Shown piece by piece: positions 20,667-29,713 of a stretch of DNA of 64,000 nucleotides. The notes under the pieces were generated by a model. The model worked only from the letters and a program-made list of their open reading frames with translations, had not been told where the DNA came from and ran no database searches. Both the position numbers and the translations under genes were made by a program. Numbering within the stretch: position 1 is the first letter of the stretch; each line of letters opens with the position of its first letter. This DNA comes from an uncultured Acidobacteriota bacterium (lineage in GTDB: Bacteria > Actinomycetota > Acidimicrobiia > Spongiisociales > ZC4RG35). The stretch lies in the NCBI GenBank assembly GCA_963828465.1, contig CAWHEU010000020.1:96001-160000 (forward strand), given 5' to 3'.

Positions 20667-21460
20667 GGCGATATGAATCCATGACTGGTAAGGATTGCCT
20701 GTCCTTCGTCGGAAAGCACGAATTCGACCCAGGCCCCGGCCGCGTCTGGATTGGGGGCGCCTCCGAGCACGGCGATCGGGTACTCGGCAACGACATTCAC
20801 ATCCTCCGGGATGTCGATTCCCTCGACCTCTCCGTCGGCGCTGGAGAGGACATCGGTCACATAGACGATGCCGGCATCCAACTCGTCATTCTCGATCTTT
20901 GTCAGCAGTGCTCGGACGTCCGGCTCGTTGGTGTCGATCGATGGAGTCACAGCGGCGTTCTCCAGTGCCTGGCGTCCGAACTCGCCACACGGCACGTCCT
21001 CGGCACAGAGACCGATGAGCAACTCCTCTCTGGCGAAGTCATCGAGCCCGGAGACTTCGCCTGGATTGCCGGCCGGTACCGCGATCTGAAGGAGATTGGT
21101 GACGAAGATCTCCGGTTCTCCCGCCACCTCCCCGGCCTCCGCCACTTGATCCATGTTCGACGTGTTGGCTGAGGCGAACACGTCTGCGGGGGCGCCTTCC
21201 AGGATCGCCTCCCGAAGACCCGAACTGGGCCCCAGATTCAACATGACGTCCACGCCGGGATTCGCCTCCTCGAAGGCGGCCTCGACTTCTGCGAATGCAT
21301 CCGTCAACGAGGCTGCCGCAGAGATCAGCAGCTCTCCTTCCATGCCAGCCGCCACTGTCGTGGCCGCTTCAACCGTCGTCGTGGAATCGTCAGCGGACCG
21401 CCCGCAAGCGGCAAGCCCCACAAGCATCGCAACCAACAGGATCAGGTGAGCTCTCCGCAT
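20663..21460 (-). CDS. modA: Molybdate-binding lipoprotein
   Basis: LAAC lipobox; AAASLTDAF, GAPADVFASA, VPCG, DAGIVYVTD. Confidence 0.92.
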   Translation of the reverse strand: MRRAHLILLVAMLVGLAACGRSADDSTTTVEAATTVAAGMEGELLISAAASLTDAFAEVEAAFEEANPGVDVMLNLGPSSGLREAILEGAPADVFASANTSNMDQVAEAGEVAGEPEIFVTNLLQIAVPAGNPGEVSGLDDFAREELLIGLCAEDVPCGEFGRQALENAAVTPSIDTNEPDVRALLTKIENDELDAGIVYVTDVLSSADGEVEGIDIPEDVNVVAEYPIAVLGGAPNPDAAGAWVEFVLSDEGQAILTSHGFISP

Positions 21461-21482
21461 GGTGTCTCCTTATTCTCGGTGT

Positions 21483-21497
21483 GACTACCCAGTAGTC
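21483..21497. promoter_or_regulatory. Palindromic operator between modA and the PadR gene
   Basis: GACTAC-CCA-GTAGTC, 22 nt upstream of the modA ATG. Confidence 0.55.
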
Positions 21498-21558
21498 TCA
21501 CGGAGAGTACCGGAGGGCTTCGGTGCATGCTGGACCTCCTACCTACCCTGAATTCGAG

Positions 21559-22080
21559 ATGACCGATTTTGAGCCGTCCCTCACCGAGTACGCCGTCCTC
21601 GGTCTGCTCGCCGAGCGACCTACCCACGGCTTCGCCATCTCCAAGGCACTTCAACCCGATACCGAAATAGGGCGGGTCATCACGGTTAGGAGACCGTTGG
21701 TTTATCGAGCCCTCGATCGCCTGGTCGATGCCGGGTTGGCCGAGTCAGTCCACACCGAGCCAGGGGCCGCCGGTCCCAATCGGGTCATCCACCGAATCAC
21801 CCGATCGGGGAGACGGCGACTCGATTCGTGGCTCAGCAGCCCTGTCGGTCATATCAGGGACATGAGGATCGAGTTCCAGCTCAAGCTGGCCCTGTTTCAG
21901 CGACTGGGAAGATCTCCTTTGCAGCTCGTGGTCGCCCAGCGTGAGACTCTCGATCCCACACTTGCCGCTCTCGACGTTGCTTCCGTGGGCCCGGTCGACC
22001 ATCTCGAACTGTGGCGCCGCCACAACGCGGCCGCCGCTGCCACATATCTGGAGAGTCTCGAAAGGCATTACTCCGGCTGA
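21559..22080 (+). CDS. PadR-family transcriptional regulator
   Basis: YAVLGLLAERPTHGFAI...VYRALDRL...ITRSGRRRLDSWL. Confidence 0.9.
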   Translation: MTDFEPSLTEYAVLGLLAERPTHGFAISKALQPDTEIGRVITVRRPLVYRALDRLVDAGLAESVHTEPGAAGPNRVIHRITRSGRRRLDSWLSSPVGHIRDMRIEFQLKLALFQRLGRSPLQLVVAQRETLDPTLAALDVASVGPVDHLELWRRHNAAAAATYLESLERHYSG

Positions 22081-22144
22081 TCCCGGTCGAAATGGGGTGT
22101 TCACCCGATGTCAACGGCCGATCCGTTGCGGCATTGTGAACGAC

Positions 22145-23074
22145 ATGGAGCCGACGACACGTTCTGGCGGGGGATACGCCCTGTTTGCCATAGCTGTGAC
22201 CCTCGGGGGAAGCAACTTCTTGGCCGTTCGCCTCAGCAACCGTGAACTCGACCCCTTCTGGGGAGCCGGCCTCCGATTCACGCTTGCCTCAGTGATTTTC
22301 GTAGTCATCGTGGCGGCATTGCGTTTGCCTTGGCCCCGGGGCAAGCAGCTCATCCTCACGATTGCCAATGGTCTGCTTGGCATCTCCATCTTCTACACGC
22401 TCATGTATTGGGCTCTCGTGCGTGTAACGGCGGGGACTGCCACGATCGTTCTGGCCCTGGTCCCACTGGTGACGTTGCTCCTTGCTTCGGCGCAACGACT
22501 CGAACGCCTCAGTGCAAGGGCGGTCGGAGGGTCGCTACTGGCCGTAGTCGGAATCACCTGGATGGCGATCGGACCGGGGCGGGTGACGCTCTCACTCGTT
22601 CCCTTGCTCGCCCTACTTGGAGCGACACTGTGCGCCGGGGAGAGCGTCATAATCGCCAAGGCCATCTCGGCGAATCACCCGGCAGTCACCAACGCCATAT
22701 CACTGGCCACGGGCGCCGCCACCCTGCTTGCGTTCTCGGCTTTGAATGGAGAGCAGTGGGCGCTCCCCGCCCAGAGCGAAGTCGCTTGGGCGCTGCTGTA
22801 TCTCGTGACTGCCGGCTCGGTCGGGTTGTTCGCATTGGTCCTCTTGGTGGCCCGGCGCTGGACCGCCTCTGCGACGTCCTACATGTTCGTCCTGTTCCCG
22901 GTGGTCACGATGGCGCTCGGCGCTCTCCTCATCGACGAGCCGATCACGGTGGCCAGCACGATCGGTGCTCTCGTGGTGATGGCCGGCGTGTGGTTCGGGA
23001 TCTCCCCCGACTCCCGTCGATCCACCGTGGCACGGCCGATCGACAACACGACCGCCGTCCTCGACCCTGGCTGA
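22145..23074 (+). CDS. EamA/DMT transporter
   Basis: ~10 TM helices; GSNFLA..LRF, LIDEPIT. Confidence 0.88.
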   Translation: MEPTTRSGGGYALFAIAVTLGGSNFLAVRLSNRELDPFWGAGLRFTLASVIFVVIVAALRLPWPRGKQLILTIANGLLGISIFYTLMYWALVRVTAGTATIVLALVPLVTLLLASAQRLERLSARAVGGSLLAVVGITWMAIGPGRVTLSLVPLLALLGATLCAGESVIIAKAISANHPAVTNAISLATGAATLLAFSALNGEQWALPAQSEVAWALLYLVTAGSVGLFALVLLVARRWTASATSYMFVLFPVVTMALGALLIDEPITVASTIGALVVMAGVWFGISPDSRRSTVARPIDNTTAVLDPG

Positions 23075-23105
23075 TCCGGAACATCCACCCGCGTAGGGTC
23101 GGCTC

Positions 23106-24632
23106 ATGGCCTTCGCCGATGCGAAGCTGCCCCTGACGGAGTTGCTCGGGTCGCTTTCACTCGCCACGGATCTCGGCACGGGCCAGCCCCAAGGCCATGG
23201 TCTCAGTACCAGCCTCCTGGCGGTCGAAGTGTCGCGGGAGCTGGGGTGCGATGACGCTCAAATTCGCCATGTTCAGCAGGTCTCGCTGATCCGCTTTCTC
23301 GGCTGCACTTCAGACTCCGACGACACCGCACGCATGTCCGGGGGAGACGATCTCTCCTTCATGAGGGGGTTCGCCCCCGCTCACATGGGTGGCAAAGGTG
23401 AAGCGACGCGGGCCATGATCCGGGCGGTCGGCTCGGGCCAAAGAGCGCCGCGACGCGCTCTCCTGATCGGAGCCGCCCTGACCCATCCCGCGTCCGACGC
23501 CGGCGGTCTCGCCGCTCATTGTGAGGTTGGCGCGATGCTGGCTCGGCGTCTCGGCCTCGACGCGGGGGTGATCGTCGCCCTCGAGCACGCATACGAACGA
23601 TGGGACGGGACCGGTGACCCGGCCGGCCTGGAGGGTGAAGAGATCCCGCTCGAGACGCGGATCGCGGTTGTCGCCCACGATGCTGATCTGTTTGCCCGGC
23701 GCGGTGACAACGTTGTCGAGGTCCTGCGGGATCGTCGTGGAAAGGCCTATGACCCCCAGATCGTGGACATAGTGACGAAGCTGAACCTCTCCGGAGGGGA
23801 GGCCGACTGGGACCAGGTTCTGGCATCCGAGCCTGAGCCAAGGGCCATGGTGCAGGATCTCGATCACTCTCTCGCCGTGGTCGCCGACTACGTCGATCTC
23901 AAGTCGCCATGGACCAGGGGCCACTCCCGCACGGTCGCCGACCTGGCCCAAAAGGCTGGAGGGCTGCTCGGGCTGACGGATGATCAGGTGAGCGATTTGA
24001 GGCGGGCTGCCCTCGTCCACGATCTCGGTCGGGTGGGTGTAGAGAACGGGATCTGGAACAAGCCAGGCCCGTTGGCCACCCCGGAGTGGGAAAAGGTCCG
24101 GCTCCACCCGTATCTGACCGAGCGGGTGCTGTCCCGTTGCACGACCCTGGCCGAGTTGGGTGAGATCGCGTCGAGTCACCACGAGCGCAGTGACGGCTCT
24201 GGATATCACCGGAGGATGACCGCAGAGCAACTGTCGAAGGCGGGCCGTGTGCTGGCGGCAGCGGACGTCATGGCTGCGCTGACCGCCGACCGACCATACA
24301 GAGCTCGCTTCGATACCAGCGAGGCCGCCCGCACGCTCGAGGTGGAGGCTGGTTCGGGTCGGCTGGACCGCGAGGCCGTAGCCGCCGTGGTGTCCGCAGC
24401 AGAGGGCCGATCTCGAGTGGAAAAGGCCATCAACCCTGGTGGCCTGACCGACCGCGAGGTGGAGGTCCTGCGCCTCATCGCTCGGGGTCACACCAACCGC
24501 GTGATCGGCGAGGAGTTGTTCATCTCACCGAAGACAGTCGGGCGTCACGTCGAGAACATCTACGTCAAGATTGGGGTGTCGACTCGGGCTGGTGCCGCCC
24601 TCTTCGCGATGGAGCAGCGTCTCCTGGAATAG
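23106..24632 (+). CDS. Tandem HD-GYP domains plus LuxR HTH regulator
   Basis: YERWDGTGDP, VHDLGR, HHERSDGSGY, RPYR; GLTDREVEVL...SPKTVGRHV. Confidence 0.9.
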   Translation: MAFADAKLPLTELLGSLSLATDLGTGQPQGHGLSTSLLAVEVSRELGCDDAQIRHVQQVSLIRFLGCTSDSDDTARMSGGDDLSFMRGFAPAHMGGKGEATRAMIRAVGSGQRAPRRALLIGAALTHPASDAGGLAAHCEVGAMLARRLGLDAGVIVALEHAYERWDGTGDPAGLEGEEIPLETRIAVVAHDADLFARRGDNVVEVLRDRRGKAYDPQIVDIVTKLNLSGGEADWDQVLASEPEPRAMVQDLDHSLAVVADYVDLKSPWTRGHSRTVADLAQKAGGLLGLTDDQVSDLRRAALVHDLGRVGVENGIWNKPGPLATPEWEKVRLHPYLTERVLSRCTTLAELGEIASSHHERSDGSGYHRRMTAEQLSKAGRVLAAADVMAALTADRPYRARFDTSEAARTLEVEAGSGRLDREAVAAVVSAAEGRSRVEKAINPGGLTDREVEVLRLIARGHTNRVIGEELFISPKTVGRHVENIYVKIGVSTRAGAALFAMEQRLLE

Positions 24633-24671
24633 GTGTCCGGGTGTAAGGTCGTCCGATGGGCGGCTTGTCCC

Positions 24672-24829
24672 GCCCGACCTTCGTCTCGGTGCCCGCGCCG
24701 GCGACCCGGAAGGCAAAGGGGACCCCGAGTGCTCGGCAAAGAGTCGGATCGAGCTGTGCGTGTCCACGCATACGTCGGTGAGCGCGGGTCACCGGTCTTA
24801 TGCGGCCGATACACGGGAAAGCAGTCGAA
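24672..24829 (+). ncRNA. Candidate structured cis-regulatory RNA leader
   Basis: Long helix 24687-24703/24773-24794, internal hairpins at 24725-24736 and 24755-24772, possible pseudoknot 24674-24678/24743-24747. Confidence 0.55.
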
Positions 24830-25486
24830 ATGACCCGACAAGAGACCTTCAAGCGCCGGATCCGGCAACGCATGGAGAAGACCGGTGAACGATACGGCGC
24901 GGCCCGCCGCGTCCTCATCGAGCAATCATCGACCGATGGGGCGAGGAAGTGGGCGTCCGAGCCCGAGATGGCCGACGACACGTTGCGAGAGGCCACCGGG
25001 CGGGGTTGGGACGAGTGGTGCGACATCATCGACGCCTGGCCCGGGCACTCCGACGGGCATACCGCCATCGCCACCTACCTCCATGACGAGCACGACGTCG
25101 CTGGATGGTGGGCCCAGACCGTGACCGTGGGATATGAGCGGGTCACCGGTCTGAGACTCCCCCATCAGCAGCCGGATGGGACCTTCAGCGCAGGTAAGTC
25201 ACGAACGGTGGCGGCCGACGTCGGACTGCTCAGGGAGATGCTGCTCGACGACGACGACCGGGCCGATCTCTTCCCCGGTCTCGAGACCGAGCTCCGCTCG
25301 CGACCCACCTCCAAGGTCCTTCGCATCGGAATCGGTCCTGGAACGGCACAGATCGCACTCGACCACCAGGACGACGGCCGGGTCAAGATCACCGTCGCCC
25401 ATGACAAGCTCCCCACGGCCGACGCCGTCGAGGAATGGAAGGGCTACTGGTCCGATTGGCTGGCGGCGGTCGACGAGGCGTGGTAG
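24830..25486 (+). CDS. Hypothetical protein: basic N-terminal helix plus DUF4287-like/SRPBCC-like domains
   Basis: MTRQETFKRRIRQRMEKTGERYGAARR; ATGRGWDEW...WWAQTVTVGYER; KITVAHDKL...WKGYW. Confidence 0.75.
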   Translation: MTRQETFKRRIRQRMEKTGERYGAARRVLIEQSSTDGARKWASEPEMADDTLREATGRGWDEWCDIIDAWPGHSDGHTAIATYLHDEHDVAGWWAQTVTVGYERVTGLRLPHQQPDGTFSAGKSRTVAADVGLLREMLLDDDDRADLFPGLETELRSRPTSKVLRIGIGPGTAQIALDHQDDGRVKITVAHDKLPTADAVEEWKGYWSDWLAAVDEAW

Positions 25487-25536
25487 ACGCCGATCTGGTG
25501 GTCCGCGATTCCACCGCACCCCCGAGGTAGGGACCG

Positions 25537-27051
25537 ATGCTGACAGCCTCCATGACCATCGACCCGGACTTTCAGGTGTCCGAGGTTCGCCGGCGCACCT
25601 TCGGGTCCTTTGTCGAGCACCTCGGGCGTTGTGTCTACACCGGCATCTTCGAGCCCGGCCACGACACCGCCGATGAAGACGGCTTGCGCAGGGACGTGCT
25701 CGACCTGGTTCGTGAGATGGGAGTCACCGTCGTTCGCTATCCCGGTGGCAATTTCGTTTCCGGGTACCAATGGGAGGATGGAATCGGGCCTGTCGATCAG
25801 CGACCCGACCGTCTGGATTCCGCCTGGCACTCCTTGGAAACCAACGCGTTCGGGATCGCCGAGTTCGTCAACTGGGCCCGCAAGGCCGATGTCGAAGTCA
25901 TGCACGCGCTCAACCTGGGAACCAGAGGTGTGCAGGAAGCAGTGAACCTCCTCGAGTATTGCAATCACGAAGGTGGCTCCTACTGGTCAGACCTACGCAT
26001 CGCCCACGGCTATCGAGAGCCGTTCGACATCAAGCTCTGGTGTCTCGGCAACGAACTGGATGGCCCCTGGCAGATGGGGCACAAGACGGCAGACGAGTAC
26101 GGGCGGCTGGCAGCGGAGACGGCGCGCGCAATGCGAATGTTCGATCCGGCCCTGGAATTGGTCGCTTGTGGTAGCTCGCATTCGAGCATGCCTACCTTCG
26201 GCAGCTGGGAGGCCACTGTCCTCGAGCACGCCTACGACCAGGTCGACTACGTCTCTCTGCACGCCTACTACCAGGAGCATGACGGGGACATGCGCAGCTT
26301 CCTCGCGTCTGCGCTGGACATGGAATCCTTCATAGATTCGGTGATCGCTACAGCTGACCATGTCCGAGCCAAGACCGGCGCCCGTAAGCGGATCAACCTC
26401 TCGTTCGACGAGTGGAATGTCTGGTATATCAGCCGGTTTCAGGACCTGGAGCCGATGACGGACTGGCCCATCGCACCGCGGCTGATCGAAGACGTCTACA
26501 ACGTGGCCGACGCGGTGGTAGTTGGCACACTCCTGATCACACTCCTGCGGCATAGCGACAGGGTCACCGCAGCCTGTCAGGCACAGCTGGTCAATGCCAT
26601 CGCTCCGATCCACGCCGAGCCCGGTGGCCCGGCTTGGAGGCATACCACCTTCTATCCCTTTGCCCACGCGGCTCGGTTGGCACGAGGCAATGTGCTGAGG
26701 GTCGAGCCCAAGTCGCCGAGCTACAACAGCGAGCGATATGGCGACACCCCCGTCATCGACTCGGTGGCGACTCACGACGACGACGCCGGCGAGCTCGTCG
26801 TGTTCGCAGTCAACCGGGACCTGGAAAAGGAAGTTGCCTTTTCCGTTGGCCTGCGCGCCTTCCCCGGCTATCGGCTTGTCGAGCATCTGACGGTCAGCGA
26901 TGACGACATACACGCCGTCAACACTCTGGAACAACCAGATCGGGTCACGCCGAGCTCACGCGTCGTTTCCGGTGAACCAGATGATTCGGTGGAGGTGGTT
27001 CTGCCTGCAGTGTCTTGGAACGTGCTTCGCTTCGAGCGAGCGACGTCTTGA
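25537..27051 (+). CDS. abfA: Alpha-L-arabinofuranosidase, GH51
   Basis: FVEHLGRCVY, RYPGGNFVS, CLGNELDG, SFDEWNVW. Confidence 0.92.
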   Translation: MLTASMTIDPDFQVSEVRRRTFGSFVEHLGRCVYTGIFEPGHDTADEDGLRRDVLDLVREMGVTVVRYPGGNFVSGYQWEDGIGPVDQRPDRLDSAWHSLETNAFGIAEFVNWARKADVEVMHALNLGTRGVQEAVNLLEYCNHEGGSYWSDLRIAHGYREPFDIKLWCLGNELDGPWQMGHKTADEYGRLAAETARAMRMFDPALELVACGSSHSSMPTFGSWEATVLEHAYDQVDYVSLHAYYQEHDGDMRSFLASALDMESFIDSVIATADHVRAKTGARKRINLSFDEWNVWYISRFQDLEPMTDWPIAPRLIEDVYNVADAVVVGTLLITLLRHSDRVTAACQAQLVNAIAPIHAEPGGPAWRHTTFYPFAHAARLARGNVLRVEPKSPSYNSERYGDTPVIDSVATHDDDAGELVVFAVNRDLEKEVAFSVGLRAFPGYRLVEHLTVSDDDIHAVNTLEQPDRVTPSSRVVSGEPDDSVEVVLPAVSWNVLRFERATS

Positions 27052-27054
27052 CCG

Positions 27055-27828
27055 TCACCACGGCGACGATGACCAAGCGAACGCCGGAAGAGGTCTGGGA
27101 TCAACGGGCACGTTCGACCCCGGGCTGAAAGGAATCGTGCCCAGATCGATGTCGATGATCGAAGCGGTCGGGTACACCTCGATCGACCCTTCGGTGGCGG
27201 TCGTCACCGATCCCGTCCCCAGCACATGCATGACTCCATCCCTCCCAATGAGACCGGTCGACTCGTCGATTCCGAGCACTGCAAGACCCTCCATCCGCTT
27301 CAAGAAGGGTGAGAACCAGCGCCGAACCCGAAGCCGGTCGAAATGAGGGGCGACCACGAATCCGTGCAGGAGCCCGAACCCTGGGATCAACCGGAACGGA
27401 TCGGGGGGATAGAGATTCAAACGACGCTCAAAGAGGTCGATGGCGCCGGCCGAAGACCCGGTTACACCCGCACCCGCTTCCCACCGGCCGATGATCGCCT
27501 CGAGAATGGGCGTACCGGACAGGGCGGATATCAGCCGGTTGGGCACACCGCCAGGGAGGACGATCACATCCGCACCGTGCACCATTTCCAGGGCGGTCTC
27601 ATCGCTTCCCGAGGCGGGAATCAACACGCGTGCCCTGGCTCCCAGGCTGGTCCAATGCGCCTGCGCCAGCGCTCCGGCTGCTGCTGCCTGACCCTTGAAC
27701 GAGGCGAGAGGAAGGATCACGACCTCGGGGGCGAAGACGCCGACTTCGTCGAGCATGCGGCGGTCGATGGGAAGAGTCGGCTCATAGTGCTCCAAACCGC
27801 CCAGCAGTCCGATTGGCCCCGGCATCAT
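27055..27828 (-). CDS. Peptidase S51 / cyanophycinase-like protein
   Basis: LPGG, nucleophile motif GSSAGA, PHF, GIDEST. Confidence 0.8.
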   Translation of the reverse strand: MMPGPIGLLGGLEHYEPTLPIDRRMLDEVGVFAPEVVILPLASFKGQAAAAGALAQAHWTSLGARARVLIPASGSDETALEMVHGADVIVLPGGVPNRLISALSGTPILEAIIGRWEAGAGVTGSSAGAIDLFERRLNLYPPDPFRLIPGFGLLHGFVVAPHFDRLRVRRWFSPFLKRMEGLAVLGIDESTGLIGRDGVMHVLGTGSVTTATEGSIEVYPTASIIDIDLGTIPFSPGSNVPVDPRPLPAFAWSSSPW

Positions 27829-28963
27829 GCCACCGCCTCGAGCTCGCTGGCCGCCCGATGGTCCTCGACGGGCGAGGGCCGGCCGCGCAGCATGCCAAGC
27901 GCCGGACCGATACCGAGGGCCACCGGCAACCAATACGAAACGAGTCGGTAGGAGAGCACCGCCATCACGGCAACCCCGACCGGGACGCCCAGGGCCGCAT
28001 AGGTGGCAGCGAGGGCGGATTCGAGGACACCGAGCCAGCCAGGAGTGAGCTCAGGGAGGGCGTTGATCAGATTGGCCAGGCCATAGCCGACCAGAAGAAC
28101 CGCCGGGTGGAGGCGGACGCCAAAGCCGAGGAACATCACCCACAGCGCCGCCGCATCGACGATCCAGCTCAGCGCAGCCCAGGCCATGAGCGGCATCAGC
28201 CGGCGGACCGGCACTGGCGTCATCGCCTGCAACTCCCAGTCCCGAGGTTCGGCGGACACGCCCAGCCGAGACCCGAGCACATTCAGACCCCGCGCGAACG
28301 GGCACGGAATCGTGGAACGCGGAGGGCGGCGACTGCCGCGATACCCGCAACGGCGAGGACAACGAAGACCAACGCCGGTCCCACGAGGTGGGCCGCGCCG
28401 ACAAGGTCTCCGGGGAGCCCCGAGGCAGTGCCGACTCCCACCACGAGAGCCAGAGTGGACATCGAAACCCACCACGCCATGAGCATCGAGGCGACGGTTC
28501 TGGGGACAGGATTTCCGTGAGCCACGATGGCCCTTGCCGCGAAGATGCTTCCAGCTGCTCCGCCACCGGGGAGGATCCGGCTCAGGGAGAAAGCGCCCAT
28601 CGAGATCCGGAGGGCCTGACGCCGGCCGAGGCTTCCGCCCAGACCCCGGATCGATGACCGGTAGACGTTGGACAGGCTGTAGACCCAGATTCCCTCCATG
28701 AACATGGCCGCCGCGACCAGCCACCAGCTCCTGGTGAGCAGGTGGCCGATGGCTTGGCTGATCTCCGAATGGTTTGTTGCGCCCATCCGGACAAGGAGGA
28801 CTAGCGAGAGGACCATCAGCCCCCCGCGGAGGATTCGTCCCCGTGACACGTTTCCGCGACTCACTCGAGCAGAGTCGGCGACGACCTTCGAAGCGACAAT
28901 CGGGGACGACCCTCGGCCTCCCCTTACCGGGTCGGGGTGGGCGTAGGTGACATGGTGTGACAT
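27825..28963 (-). CDS. Lysylphosphatidylglycerol-synthase TM (UPF0104) flippase-like protein; frameshift near 28298
   Basis: LPGGGAAG in frame 28283-28963; TPGWLGVLE...SYRLVSYWLP in frame 27825-29015. Confidence 0.8.
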
Positions 28964-29022
28964 GTCGCCAACGTATGGACAGGGGTCTCGCCCGTCGTCC
29001 GCCGCGAGAATGCAATCGGCCC

Positions 29023-29038
29023 TACATCTTCAGATGTA
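29023..29038. promoter_or_regulatory. NarL-type 7-2-7 inverted repeat
   Basis: TACATCT-TC-AGATGTA, perfect palindrome ~60 nt upstream of the UPF0104 gene. Confidence 0.65.
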
Positions 29039-29047
29039 CGGCGCGGC

Positions 29048-29713
29048 TCAGCGCCCCGGGATCACCAACCCTGACTCATAGGCGAGTACGACTAGCTGGG
29101 CGCGGTCGCGAGCTCCGAGTTTGGTGAGGATCCGAGATACATGCGTCTTGACGGTGGCATGAGTCACCACGAGAGCCTCGGCGATCTCGGCGTTGCTAAG
29201 GCCTCGCCCGACCTCGACCATGATCTCCCGCTCCCTCCCTGTGAGGAGCTCCAATCCTCGAATGGCTCGTTCGTCGGTGATGGCAGGCCGCACTGCAAAT
29301 TCAGCGATCAAACGCCGGGTAATCGAAGGAGCCAACAAGGCCTCCCCCTCGGCAAGAACACGTATGGCAGCGACTAGTTCCTCGGGTGGGACGTCCTTGA
29401 GCAAGAACCCGCTGGCACCAGCTCTCAACGCGGCATAGACATACTCGTCGGCATCGAACGTGGTCAGAATCAAGACGCGAACGTCGGTCAGATCCGGGTC
29501 TGCCACGATTCGCGTCGTAGCTTCAATCCCGTCGACCATCGGCATGCGGATGTCCATCAAAAGAACATCGGGGCGATGATCCCGAGCGAGCTCGACGGCC
29601 TCCAGGCCATTGCTCGCCTCACCAATCAGCTCGAGGCCCTCTGAGTGCCTGATGATGGTTTCCAACCCTGCCCGAACCAGTGCCTGATCGTCGGCGATCC
29701 CGACTCGCGTCAC
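29048..29713 (-). CDS. NarL/LuxR response regulator
   Basis: ADDQ, LMDIRMP, GFLLKD, LTGREREI, TVKTHV. Confidence 0.95.
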   Translation of the reverse strand: MTRVGIADDQALVRAGLETIIRHSEGLELIGEASNGLEAVELARDHRPDVLLMDIRMPMVDGIEATTRIVADPDLTDVRVLILTTFDADEYVYAALRAGASGFLLKDVPPEELVAAIRVLAEGEALLAPSITRRLIAEFAVRPAITDERAIRGLELLTGREREIMVEVGRGLSNAEIAEALVVTHATVKTHVSRILTKLGARDRAQLVVLAYESGLVIPGR

